From Pyrodictium abyssi (GTDB lineage Archaea; Thermoproteota; Thermoprotei_A; Sulfolobales; Pyrodictiaceae), in the NCBI RefSeq assembly GCF_036323395.1, contig NZ_AP028907.1:1320001-1352000 (forward strand): 32,000 bases of DNA, in the 5' to 3' direction. The translations under genes and the position numbers were made by a program. Below, piece by piece: positions 1 through 9,374 of this stretch. The notes under the pieces were generated by a model. That model searched no databases, was not told where the DNA came from, and worked only from the letters and a program-made list of their open reading frames with translations. Position 1 is the stretch's first letter. Every line of letters starts with the position of its first letter.

Positions 1-2
1 AG

Positions 3-554
3 ATGGGCTACATGCTGCTCGGCCTCGCCGTGGCCAACCCCCTGGGAGAGGCCGGCGCCATGCTGCACTACGTCGCGCACGCTCTGGGGAAAGCCATCCT
101 CTTCGGGGTAGCCGGCGTCTTCATAGTGGGGCTGGGCACGCGGAAGCTGGAGGACCTAGGCGGGCTCCTATCGCGGATGCCATACACCGCTGCTGTCTCG
201 CTGCTAGGCTTCATGCTGATAGCCGGTCTGCCGCCTACGCTCGGCCTGTGGAGCGAGGTCTACTTGGTCTTCGGGTTCGCCGACTGGGCTAAGGCCTACG
301 GGCCCGGCGTGTTTGTGCTACTAGCAGCTGCCACCGCTGCTGCTATGACGCTTACCGCTGTCTACAGCTTCCTAGCGTTCAAGAACATGTTCCTCGGCGC
401 ACCTGGGCCGGCTCATGAACGTGCCAGCGAGGTCCGCGTGGGAGGGCTGCTAGCGCCGCTACTTGTGATGGCCGTCCTGGGCGTCGTGTTGTTCCTCGTG
501 GTGGGCGCTATAGCCGGCCCGATGCTGGAGACTATGAAGCTTGTCTACAGCTAG
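3..554 (+). CDS. Proton-conducting antiporter-like membrane subunit (NuoM/MrpD-like), C-terminal part, truncated at window edge
   Basis: Multi-TM protein with HYVAHALGKAILF and AGLPPTLGLWSEVYLVF motifs typical of the ND4/ND5/MrpD family; directly upstream of a NuoL-like gene. Confidence 0.85.
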   Translation: MGYMLLGLAVANPLGEAGAMLHYVAHALGKAILFGVAGVFIVGLGTRKLEDLGGLLSRMPYTAAVSLLGFMLIAGLPPTLGLWSEVYLVFGFADWAKAYGPGVFVLLAAATAAAMTLTAVYSFLAFKNMFLGAPGPAHERASEVRVGGLLAPLLVMAVLGVVLFLVVGAIAGPMLETMKLVYS

Positions 555-585
555 AGCCCCATGGGCTGGCTCGGGGTGAAGCGCC

Positions 586-2661
586 GTGGAGGCTGCTGGG
601 CTGGCGGCTGCTGCGGCCGTGGCCTCCGGCTATGCCGCTGCCTTCCTAGCGCTGGTGCTGACGGTCCTCGGCGCCGGGTGGAGGACGATAGCGTGGACTG
701 GTGTAGCGGGGACCGCAGCTGCCGCCGCTTTCTCCTGGCTTGCGCTCCTCCAGGGCGAGGGTAGGGTGGCCTACCCGTGGGTGCCCGGGCTTGGGGTCGA
801 CCTGGCGCTACGGGTCGACATGCTCTCGGGGATCGTGGGGGCTGTTGTCGCTACTCTTAGCCTGCTCATAGCGCTGTACAGCGTGGAGTACATCGGGGAG
901 TGGGGTGCTGCGAGGTACTGGCTCTTCTACAGCTTCTTCGTAGCCAGTATGCTGCTCCTAGTATACGCCGACGACCTGGTGGTCATGTTCATAGGCTGGG
1001 AGGGCACCGGGCTCGCTAGCTGGGCTCTCATAAGCTTCTACTACGACGACCGGGAGGAGGCCTGGGTAGGCGACCCTGGGCGTAAGAGGCTAGGCGTGCC
1101 GATGTGGTTCACTCCGACGCATAGCGGGCTCCGCGCCATCTCGTTCACAAGGGTAGGCGACATGGCTATGCTGATAGGCATAGGCCTGGTGGCCGCCGTG
1201 TTGGGCTCTACTAGTATCTCCGCTATGGAGGAGCGTGCCTCCTGGCTGCTCTCTGAGCTCAACATGAGAGGGCTTGTCGCCGCCTGGATAGCGTTCTTCT
1301 ACCTAGGCGCGTTGGCGAAGAGCGCGCAGTTCCCCTTCCACGAGTGGCTCGTGACGGCTATGACTGGCCCGACGTCTGTGTCTGCGCTGATACACGCCGC
1401 CACCATGGTCAAGGCTGGTGTATACTTCGCGCTGAGGTTCACCCCGGCCGTAGCCGCGGAGCTCGCGCTCCTCCACGGCACAGGCCTCGGGGTCTACGAG
1501 GCTATGGCGTGGATAGCCCTGCTCACCGCGTTCTCGACAGCATCCATGGCCATAGTGGCTAGGGAGCTGAAGCTTATACTAGCCTTCTCCACTGCTAGCC
1601 AGCTCTCCTACATGATGGCCGCCGTCTTCGCGGCAGCCGCTGCGGGCGACCCCAGTCTAGGAAGCCTCGGCGGCCTAGCCCACCTCGTCTCCCACGCCGT
1701 GTTCAAGGCCGCGCTCTTCCTCGCCGCTGGCGCCGTTATACACGAGGTGCACAGCCGCTACGTGACGGACATGGGCGGCCTACGCCGCTACATGCCCTAC
1801 ACGTTCGCCGCGATGCTGCTCGCCGGGCTGAGCCTAGCCGCTCTGCCGCCGTTCTCCGGCTGGTGGACAAAGGACCTAGCCGTCCAGGCCATCAGCCTGC
1901 TCGGCGGCAGGGCGAGTATGGTGGCGCTAGCCACGGCCGTGCTGACAGGGTTCTACACCATAAGGATGCTGTACTACGTCTTCCTCGCCCCGCCGAGGCG
2001 GGAGCTGCACGCAGAGGAGCCCGGGAAGCTCATGCTCGCGCCCTACCTGGCCCTGGGCGTGGCGTCTCTCGGGCTCGGGCTCGTGTGGCCCTGGCTAGAA
2101 CACTTCTTCGCCGAGGCCGCCGGGGCCCTCCACCCCGAGCTGAAGGAGCACATAGCCGTCTACGGCACGCTGGCCGCCGTGCTAGGCGTGTCCGGCATAG
2201 CGCTCTACGCTGCCCGCCTGCTCCCGCTCAGCCGCGTGGAGGAGAAGCCCCTGCTCGGCGCTCTGCACGGGTTCCTCTACGACCGCTGGCTGGTAAACCC
2301 GCTTCTGTACAGGCTAGTGGTCTACCCCGGCGCCGGTCTCTCCCGGGCGCTGGCCCGGCTCGAGAGCTGGCTAGACCTAGCAGTACACCAGGGCATCGCC
2401 GGCCTTGGCGCCCGGGCTGTCGAGGTGCTCAGCACGAGAGCCGAGAAGCAGATGGACGCCGAGCTGCACGAGGCCCTGCCGCGCCGGATGGCCGTGCTAA
2501 GCGCGCTTGTGCGCCGGGCCCAGAGCGGCGACGTGAGGCTGTACCTAGCCTACTTCATGGCAGGCATGGTTCTCGCCGCCACGCTGTCAGCCGTTGTGAT
2601 ATTCTTCATCGCTCACACTGTTGCACCAGCTATAGAGTCGGTCCACGTAGCGGGGTGGTAG
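586..2661 (+). CDS. nuoL: NADH-quinone oxidoreductase subunit L-like protein (NuoL/ND5 family)
   Basis: 691 aa; motifs YSVEYIG, FIGWEGTGLASWALISFYY, FPFHEWLVTAMTGPTSVSALIHAATMVKAGVY and LSHAVFKAALFLAAGAVIH. GTG start at 586. Confidence 0.92.
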   Translation: MEAAGLAAAAAVASGYAAAFLALVLTVLGAGWRTIAWTGVAGTAAAAAFSWLALLQGEGRVAYPWVPGLGVDLALRVDMLSGIVGAVVATLSLLIALYSVEYIGEWGAARYWLFYSFFVASMLLLVYADDLVVMFIGWEGTGLASWALISFYYDDREEAWVGDPGRKRLGVPMWFTPTHSGLRAISFTRVGDMAMLIGIGLVAAVLGSTSISAMEERASWLLSELNMRGLVAAWIAFFYLGALAKSAQFPFHEWLVTAMTGPTSVSALIHAATMVKAGVYFALRFTPAVAAELALLHGTGLGVYEAMAWIALLTAFSTASMAIVARELKLILAFSTASQLSYMMAAVFAAAAAGDPSLGSLGGLAHLVSHAVFKAALFLAAGAVIHEVHSRYVTDMGGLRRYMPYTFAAMLLAGLSLAALPPFSGWWTKDLAVQAISLLGGRASMVALATAVLTGFYTIRMLYYVFLAPPRRELHAEEPGKLMLAPYLALGVASLGLGLVWPWLEHFFAEAAGALHPELKEHIAVYGTLAAVLGVSGIALYAARLLPLSRVEEKPLLGALHGFLYDRWLVNPLLYRLVVYPGAGLSRALARLESWLDLAVHQGIAGLGARAVEVLSTRAEKQMDAELHEALPRRMAVLSALVRRAQSGDVRLYLAYFMAGMVLAATLSAVVIFFIAHTVAPAIESVHVAGW

Positions 2662-2662
2662 C

Positions 2663-4117
2663 GTGGCTGCCCCACTGCTAGCTGGCCTCGAGTTCACCAG
2701 GGTCGTCGAGTACGGGTTCCTGGCTGTGATAGCGGGATACGCGTTTACAGGGCTAGTGGCTCCTCTGTGGGGGCCGCGGGCCACCCGGCTAAGCCTCTAC
2801 GCCGCCACCATGGTGGCTCTGGCTGCTGCACTCTACGCGTCGCTGGCCTTCACCCCCGCGGGGGGCTACGTGGTGGCTTTCGACGGGGCAGTGGTTGTTG
2901 ACACCTACACCGTGTTCCTCCTGTCCATCGCCGTGGTTGTGTTCGCCCTCGCAGCTATAGCAGCCTCCAGCGTGGTGGACTACTGGGACTCCGGCGAGGC
3001 GTTCTACGCCGTAACCGGGTTCATGGCCCTAGGCGTGATAGTGCTGGGCCTCTCCCGTATCCTGTACCTGGTGTACGTCGCGTGGATACTCGCCGCGGTC
3101 TCGGGCTACATACTGATAGCTCTCCGCCGCGGCCCCGTCTCGGCAGAGGCCTCGATAAAGTATGCTGTCACCGGCGCCGTGGCCACGATAATACTCCTGC
3201 TGGACCTCGTGCTGTTCTACGTGGTGCGCGGGGGCGCCGAGATAGCGCCCGGGGTCCGGCTGAGCGATCCACTCTTCATAACCCCGGTGGTGGCCCTCGC
3301 AATAGTAGCCGTGGGCTTCAAGATGGGTGTTGTCCCGTTCCACGGCTGGGTAGTAGACGTCTACGGCAACGCTAGGCCCCTGGCCGTCGCCGTGGCGAGC
3401 GCGGCCGCAAAGATAATAGCCGCGCTGCTCATAGTCAAGCTCGTAGCCCCGTTCACAGCCGCACAGCCCGAGATAGTGCTCTGGACCGCAGGCATCCTAG
3501 CAGCGATAACCATGTTCTACGGCAACATAGGCGCACTGCTCACAGTAAGGGACTCGCCCCAGAAGACCCTAGCCTACAGCAGCATAGCCCAGGCAAGCTA
3601 CATCGTAGCCGGCTTCGCCGCGCTCGCGAAGCTACCAGGCGTAGACAACCACGCAGCGCTAGCCGGTATAGCGCTGCACACGGCAGGCTACGCGTTCGCC
3701 AAGCTAGCCAGCTTCCTAGTCCTAGACACCGCGTGCGAGAGCGAGGGCAAATGCACCTGGAACTCCCTACGCGGCCTAGCATTCCGCAACCCGGTGGCAG
3801 CCGCCGCGCTCATAATCGCGCTCGCAGCCCTAGCCGGGACGCCGCCGACGCTCGGCTTCTGGGGCAAGCTATACCTCCTCATAGCAGCGGTCTCCGCGAG
3901 CCCAGTGCTCGCAGCAATAATGGTCATTAACTTCGGCCTAGGCATATTCTACTACGGCTACACGATATACGCAGTGGCCACCGGCCCGCGGCAGTCAGGC
4001 GAGAAGCCCACCGCCCGCGACGTAGCGGCACTCGCAGCAGCAGTCTCCACCGTCATACTCGGCCTAGCACCCTGGGAGGCGTACGGCCTAACAGTCTACG
4101 CCTACACCAGCACATAG
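2663..4117 (+). CDS. NuoN/MrpD-like antiporter-type membrane subunit
   Basis: 484 aa multi-TM protein with GVVPFHGWVVDVYG and AGTPPTLGFWGKLYLL motifs; starts 1 nt after the NuoL-like stop (same operon). Confidence 0.85.
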   Translation: MAAPLLAGLEFTRVVEYGFLAVIAGYAFTGLVAPLWGPRATRLSLYAATMVALAAALYASLAFTPAGGYVVAFDGAVVVDTYTVFLLSIAVVVFALAAIAASSVVDYWDSGEAFYAVTGFMALGVIVLGLSRILYLVYVAWILAAVSGYILIALRRGPVSAEASIKYAVTGAVATIILLLDLVLFYVVRGGAEIAPGVRLSDPLFITPVVALAIVAVGFKMGVVPFHGWVVDVYGNARPLAVAVASAAAKIIAALLIVKLVAPFTAAQPEIVLWTAGILAAITMFYGNIGALLTVRDSPQKTLAYSSIAQASYIVAGFAALAKLPGVDNHAALAGIALHTAGYAFAKLASFLVLDTACESEGKCTWNSLRGLAFRNPVAAAALIIALAALAGTPPTLGFWGKLYLLIAAVSASPVLAAIMVINFGLGIFYYGYTIYAVATGPRQSGEKPTARDVAALAAAVSTVILGLAPWEAYGLTVYAYTST

Positions 4118-4402
4118 ACAGCATTCAATGCTTCTTCGGGACCCCTACACGGTACAAGGCGGAACTAAGGCCCCATATCAGCAGCTCCCGAGGAAGCCTC
4201 TTCTCCTTCCAACCGTGAAGGGGACGGCAGTGGTAGAAGGCAGGGGTAGCTAGTGGGCTCTGCATCCTGGTTCTCGCTCTGCCCCGCTTCGCCCCCTGCA
4301 CGGGGGCATCCGGGGCCTCACCGCTCACCCATAGGTAGGGGCACACTGTACCTCCTATAAGTGGTTCGGCCGGCCAAAATACGGGGGGAATGGTGCCAGA
4401 GG

Positions 4403-5030
4403 GTGGCTAGCAGCAGAGTTGCGTGCTTCCTCGACGAGGCAGGGCCCAGCGGCGACGCTCCATGCATGTGCGTCGCTGCTGTCTGCTTCCCCCGCGAAGC
4501 CGCCAGCCTGGAGAAGCTGGGAGCCCACGCGTACCGGGAGGTCATGCGGCTACTAGGGAAGAGCACCGAGGCTAGACAATGCCTAAGCACCTACACCCCG
4601 CCGCACACAAACACATACAAGGCGAGGAGGTGCATTGAGCTCAAGTGGCGCTGGGCCAAGAGAGAAGCTGAGAGAAGAGGAATAAGAGCAAAGAAGCTCG
4701 TAGAAGCAATCAGGGCAGCAGCCATAGCCGCGACAGCCAAATGCAAAAAGACAACAGTCTTCTCGGAGGACATCCGCGTAGAGCTGACCTATCTAGTACT
4801 CACCGACGTCCTAGAAGCACTCAAAAGAAAGCATGGGATGGAGATGCCGAGAATCATAGTAGTGCTCGACAAGAGCCTCGTACAGAGCAGGGAGAGGCAG
4901 TCCGGGCTAAAGAGGTCAATAACCGGCATAGCCTCAATAGAGTCCAGGGACAGCGCCAAGACCATAGGCATAAAGCCAAGCCGACATCCTAGCCGGATAC
5001 TACCGCGACAAACGCAAAAACAACCCCTAG
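4403..5030 (+). pseudogene. DUF3800-like protein, interrupted by a one-base frameshift near its C-terminus
   Basis: N-terminal FLDEAG, internal ELKW and VVLDKS, and IESRDSAKTIGI. After a +1 shift at about 4979 the other frame reads ADILAGYYRDKRKNNP followed by TAG at 5028-5030, restoring the expected RDS...ADILAGYYR motif. Confidence 0.6.
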
Positions 5031-5095
5031 AGAAGTACAAGCCAAGCAATTAAACACCACCAAAGGAGCTAGCTCATGCATCAAACACCGGCCGG

Positions 5096-5108
5096 AAAGA
5101 TATAAAGG
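5096..5108 (+). promoter_or_regulatory. Probable archaeal TATA-box promoter for the AT-rich membrane protein gene
   Basis: aaagatataaagg located about 45-55 nt upstream of the start codon at 5150/5153. Confidence 0.4.
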
Positions 5109-5149
5109 CATGCAATATACTGTGGCCGGCCTCTGGGCACTAAAACACA

Positions 5150-6595
5150 TTGATGCCCAAAGAGCACACCAAGCATGTGTTATTGCTAGTAATATTCGTC
5201 TTGCTAGTTGCTGTTATGGTAAGCTATATTTATACAAAACTTAACAACATAAGCTTCTTTGCAGTAAGCATAAGCTATAAGGAAAACACCCTGGCAACAG
5301 CCTACTGCATAGGATACTGTGCCACCAACCCATCACACCACATAACAGTTGAAGACCTAGTCGAAGAACTAAGCCTTACGTTGGCAATAGGTCCGCCATC
5401 TTACGATGCAGATAGAACAAATAGAACAATCTTAGAATACATTGCAAATACAATTGAAACAGCACCTCTAAGAAGACAGATAAGATGTTTACTTCCGAGA
5501 AACCCTTTCCACCCCCAACTAGCTAGTGTTCCAGTCACGAGTATCGCAAGCGTAAAGAGATATAATGGCATTATCTATATATACCTAAGAAACAACTCTC
5601 AAGACCCTTACAACATTACACTAAATACCTACATAGTAGTGGATGTCACAAACAACACTGAAAACATAAAATATACCATACGAGTAATCTATCTTCTAAC
5701 TATTATAGCTACAACTATTGACATGATTCTCCTCCTTTATAAATACGAGGTCTATTCTAATAAGACGCTGCGTGCCATTTTGTTACTCCTAGCATACACA
5801 TCGCTTATAATGACCCTCTATACTATTACATGGGTTGCTTCAGGGCTACAAAACACTACTACAGTCGAGTTTATGCGGCACGCAACTGCCGTCATGTTAT
5901 TCGCGACAACAGCAAGCATTATAACAATATTGCTATTGCGACTTCCACAAATAGCTTTCGGACAAGCCAATGATCATTTGAAAAGGGAAAAGGACTTTCA
6001 ATTGCTTCCCATCATCGTATTTATAACCTCTATAATAGGTATTAAATACCTACCACGCCTCCTTCATGTTGTTCCAATACATGATGTATCTGGCCTAATT
6101 TCTATAGTAATTACAATACTAATATACTTACCCCTCCAGCTTCTGGAAACTCGAAATGATAATCAAATAGAGTTCCTTTTGCAAGTATTGATGTTAATAT
6201 GTACCCTAAATGCTTTCATTCATCTAGCCATATTAGCTATGTATGTGGGCGTCTACGAAGGTGGATGGTTTACTTTTTCTCCCAACAATCCACTGAAAAA
6301 TGTAATTCTCACCATACCAGCCATAATATTGATGTTAGTTACATACGTTATTGAGATGCCTCTCAAAAATTATAGTATAAAAAGTATAAAATTTATTCGT
6401 GAGTTCATGTTGTGGCTAGCAGCCATTGCGTATGCGATACTCGTGATATGGCTCTGGATCTTTCTTGAACGCATCTTTAGCAACTCTCAAGTCGCTGTCA
6501 AGATCCTGGTTATTGTCCTGGCACTGGTTGCATTCGCTATATTTCTGCCATTAGTTCGTCAAATAGAAAATCTATACAACAATTTGCGCAACTAG
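5150..6595 (+). CDS. Hypothetical multi-pass membrane protein in an AT-rich island
   Basis: 481 aa uninterrupted ORF, N-terminal hydrophobic segment, extracytoplasmic-like region, then many hydrophobic helices. One sampled line (5581-5640) has 20 G+C in 60 nt. Confidence 0.75.
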   Translation: MMPKEHTKHVLLLVIFVLLVAVMVSYIYTKLNNISFFAVSISYKENTLATAYCIGYCATNPSHHITVEDLVEELSLTLAIGPPSYDADRTNRTILEYIANTIETAPLRRQIRCLLPRNPFHPQLASVPVTSIASVKRYNGIIYIYLRNNSQDPYNITLNTYIVVDVTNNTENIKYTIRVIYLLTIIATTIDMILLLYKYEVYSNKTLRAILLLLAYTSLIMTLYTITWVASGLQNTTTVEFMRHATAVMLFATTASIITILLLRLPQIAFGQANDHLKREKDFQLLPIIVFITSIIGIKYLPRLLHVVPIHDVSGLISIVITILIYLPLQLLETRNDNQIEFLLQVLMLICTLNAFIHLAILAMYVGVYEGGWFTFSPNNPLKNVILTIPAIILMLVTYVIEMPLKNYSIKSIKFIREFMLWLAAIAYAILVIWLWIFLERIFSNSQVAVKILVIVLALVAFAIFLPLVRQIENLYNNLRN

Positions 6596-6757
6596 TCTCT
6601 GACACCACATGGCTCTTAGCACATAGCCATGCAAGGTTCTTGGCTTTCCGTTTACCGGTGTCTGGCTCTCTGAATGAAACCTCCTAGGAGCTTCTGAGGT
6701 GCTAAAACCATTATTTGATGCTGTATCTGTGTATGGGAGGAGTGCTACATCCCTTCC

Positions 6758-7591
6758 TTAGCGCACTAGTGCTGATGTGTCGGAGAAACAGTGTCCGGGT
6801 GCCTTCGCCTTCCTGGCTTTGGCTATGGTTTCTGCTAGCTTGTTCCAGCCGCCTAGGCGGTCGCGGAGGAGCCTTATGCAGAGCGGCAGGGGTAGTGGGG
6901 TCTCCTCGAAGAGCCCCTCTCGCAGGGCCTCGAGGGTCGGCATGCACTCCGCCCTACCGTCTCGGAGGATGCAGGTCCTTGTGGACAGCTCGGCTATCGC
7001 GTCGAGGTCGTGGCTGGCCATCACCACTGTCTTGCCCTGCTCCGCGGCCTCCCTGATGGCGTCGGCTATTGCTTCTACGCCGCGGCGGTCCAGGTTGGCT
7101 GTAGGCTCGTCGAGTAGGAGCACGTCGGGGTTGTAGACTAGTATTGAGGCTAGTGCTACTAGGCGGCGCTGGCCCACGCTGAGCCGGTAGGGGGGCCGGT
7201 CTAGCAGCCCCTGGAGCCCGAGCCTCTCCGTCGTCTCCTCTACGCGGGCTCGTACCTCGTCCTCCGGCGTCCCGAGGCTGCGGAGGGCGTAGGCTATCTC
7301 GTCGTAGACCGTGGGGTTGAAGAGCTGGTCGTCCGGGTTCTGGAAGAGCACTCCTATCCTCCGGCGCGCCCCGGGCAGCTGCTCGTGGAGGGGCCGGCCG
7401 TCTAGGAGCACCTCGCCGCGGCTGGGGCGTAGGAGCCCGGCGAGCACCAGGATGAGCGTGGACTTGCCGCAGCCCGTGGGCCCGGCTAGCGCTACTACCT
7501 CGCCGGGCCCGGCGCGTAGGCTGACGCCGCGGAGCACTGGGGCCCGGCGCGTGTAGCCGAACCAGACCCCGCGTGCCTCAATGACCGGCAA
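6758..7591 (-). CDS. cbiO: Energy-coupling factor cobalt/nickel transporter ATPase
   Basis: Walker A AGPTGCGKST, Q-loop GVLFQNPDDQLF, signature LSVGQRRLVALA, Walker B VLLLDEPTANLD; adjacent to cbiQ/cbiN/cbiM. Confidence 0.93.
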   Translation of the reverse strand: MPVIEARGVWFGYTRRAPVLRGVSLRAGPGEVVALAGPTGCGKSTLILVLAGLLRPSRGEVLLDGRPLHEQLPGARRRIGVLFQNPDDQLFNPTVYDEIAYALRSLGTPEDEVRARVEETTERLGLQGLLDRPPYRLSVGQRRLVALASILVYNPDVLLLDEPTANLDRRGVEAIADAIREAAEQGKTVVMASHDLDAIAELSTRTCILRDGRAECMPTLEALREGLFEETPLPLPLCIRLLRDRLGGWNKLAETIAKARKAKAPGHCFSDTSALVR

Positions 7592-8348
7592 CTAGGCTCA
7601 GCCCTAGGGCCGCTATAGCCGCTGCAGAGGGTAGATAAGCGAGGGCTTCCGCGCGGCCCCGGGCCTCCCTCCTGTACTCGGCGGGGCCTGCTGAGAGGCT
7701 GCGGGCTTCGAGAGCCATGCTGAGCACCATTGCGCGCTGGGTGCTGCGTGTCAGCAGCTCGCCCACAGCCGTGGCTAGTAGCCTCCACTCCTCGGCTAGC
7801 CCCCTGCGGCCGAGGCTCCGGGCCCTGCGCGCCGCCAGCATGCGGAGCGCCTCGGCCGCTAGGAGCGGCGTGTAGCGTAGCACGAGCCGGAGGGACTCCG
7901 TGAACTCGCGGGGAGCGCCTAGCCGGTGCATGCCCTCGGCTAGGCACCGCCAGCCCACGAGCCCTGCTACGGAGGAGACCATGACGGCAGAGGCTGTTAT
8001 CCGGGCCACGAAGGCCAGGGCCTCCCCGCCCCTGCCCCCGAGCAGGAGAGGGAGGGACACGACCAGCGAGGCCGCGGCCGCGTAGGCGACGGGCTGGAGG
8101 ACTAGCGCTGCGCTGCCCCGCCGGGCGAGGAGCAGGTAGGCTAGCGGAGCTGCTGAGCCCGCGAGACCCGCCAGCGCTGGGGCCATGGAGGCCGAGGATG
8201 AGACTAGCGCTACACCGGCTAGGAGTAGTAGGAAAACCAGCTCGGGGCGCCGGGGGCGGACTAGGCCCTCAGCTGCTGCTAGGCGTGTCGAGGCGTCTCT
8301 CAGAGCTCCTAGGAACTTCTCAGCCGCTCTATCCAGGCCGCGGGTCAC
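7578..8348 (-). CDS. cbiQ: Energy-coupling factor transporter transmembrane protein CbiQ
   Basis: Multi-TM protein with LRYTPLLAAEALRMLAARRARS motif of EcfT/CbiQ. The GTG at 8346-8348 (VTRGLDRAAEKF) is a better start than the 8474 start in the ORF track and overlaps the upstream stop. Confidence 0.88.
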   Translation of the reverse strand: MTRGLDRAAEKFLGALRDASTRLAAAEGLVRPRRPELVFLLLLAGVALVSSSASMAPALAGLAGSAAPLAYLLLARRGSAALVLQPVAYAAAASLVVSLPLLLGGRGGEALAFVARITASAVMVSSVAGLVGWRCLAEGMHRLGAPREFTESLRLVLRYTPLLAAEALRMLAARRARSLGRRGLAEEWRLLATAVGELLTRSTQRAMVLSMALEARSLSAGPAEYRREARGRAEALAYLPSAAAIAALGLSLVAGH

Positions 8349-8638
8349 CGCCTGGCCAGCCTCGCTGCTGCAAGGCCTATGGCTAGTATTACGGCTACGC
8401 CGATGGCCCCGGCTACTATGTAGCCTATGGTGTCGGGTAGGCCTGGGACAGTGTAGTCGCTGAACGGCGTCCACTCGGCTACCTGGTGCTCCTCGAGGCC
8501 TAGCTTCTCGGCCGCTACGTCGAGGGGCTCGTGGTAGCCCACCTTCTCTGCCAGCACTACGCCGAAGACAGGGCTCGCTAGGAGGAGCACAGCAGCCGCG
8601 AGGAGAGCACCACGGTGCCTCGAGAGCACGCCCGCCAC
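8345..8638 (-). CDS. CbiN/PDGLE-domain-like membrane component of the cobalt transporter
   Basis: 97 aa with two hydrophobic segments, position between cbiM and cbiQ, and EHQVAEWTPFSDYTVPGL consistent with PDGLE-type CbiN-like proteins. Confidence 0.75.
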   Translation of the reverse strand: MAGVLSRHRGALLAAAVLLLASPVFGVVLAEKVGYHEPLDVAAEKLGLEEHQVAEWTPFSDYTVPGLPDTIGYIVAGAIGVAVILAIGLAAARLARR

Positions 8639-8660
8639 GGCACGCTCACCCCCGCTGGGC

Positions 8661-9326
8661 CTAGACTGTGGCTTTCATGGCCACCTTCTCGGCCGCCTCC
8701 ACTATGGGGCTACGGCGCTGGTAGAGGTAGTCCACGACCAGCGCTGTTATCACGCCCTCTATCACGCCGAGGATGGCGTGCCACGTGGCCATTACTGGCA
8801 CTGATACCTCCACGCCGTAGGGGAAGGACGGGCTAAGCCCTATCTCCACGCCCGCTGCTATCCCCGCCGCTACTATGCCTAGCCAGCCGCCCAGGAAGGC
8901 GCCGAGCAGCCTGGCTCTACGGGAGCCGCCCAGAGCGCCGGCGACTGCGCGGTAAACCGCGTAGCCCACCACAACGTCCACCACGGCCATGTTGAGGATG
9001 TTGGCGCCTAGGGCTGTTATCCCGCCGTCGTGGAATACTAGCGTCTGCACAGCCAGCACCAGCGCCATCACGTAGAAGCCTAGCCAGGGCCCGAACAGTA
9101 TGCCCGCTAGCGCGCCGCCCACGAAGTGGAGCGAAGTGCCGCCCGGCAGAGGCCAGTTCAGCATCTGCGCCACGAAGATGCCCGCCGCTAGGACGGACAT
9201 AGAGACTACCTGCTCGGGGCCTAGCCGCCCCCTTATCCTCCTCCAGGCCGCCAGGGCGTATGCTATGGCCGCCGCGTAGGTGACGGCTATCCAGAATGGG
9301 TCCAGAAACCCGTCGGGTATGTGCAA
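8661..9326 (-). CDS. cbiM: Cobalt transport substrate-binding membrane protein CbiM
   Basis: Starts MHIPDGFLDPFW (TTG start), characteristic of CbiM; GGTSLHFVGGALAGILFGPW motif. Confidence 0.93.
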   Translation of the reverse strand: MHIPDGFLDPFWIAVTYAAAIAYALAAWRRIRGRLGPEQVVSMSVLAAGIFVAQMLNWPLPGGTSLHFVGGALAGILFGPWLGFYVMALVLAVQTLVFHDGGITALGANILNMAVVDVVVGYAVYRAVAGALGGSRRARLLGAFLGGWLGIVAAGIAAGVEIGLSPSFPYGVEVSVPVMATWHAILGVIEGVITALVVDYLYQRRSPIVEAAEKVAMKATV

Positions 9327-9374
9327 GCCCTCTGCGCCCCCAGGTGCACCTTTTCCAAGAGAGAGGTGTAACCC

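Noticed and set aside
1863-2681. 272-aa plus-strand ORF overlapping the nuoL-like gene
   Set aside because: Off-frame shadow ORF with Arg/Ala/Pro-rich translation; the overlapping NuoL-like frame is clearly coding.
7495-7947. Minus-strand ORF of 150 aa within cbiQ/cbiO
   Set aside because: Low-complexity Arg/Pro/Gly translation in the wrong frame relative to the motif-bearing CbiQ and CbiO frames.
9342-9351. Perfect 10-bp palindrome AGGTGCACCT between cbiM and the Dph6-like gene
   Set aside because: Ten-bp perfect palindromes are expected about 30 times by chance in 32 kb; no second copy or extended symmetry supports an operator.
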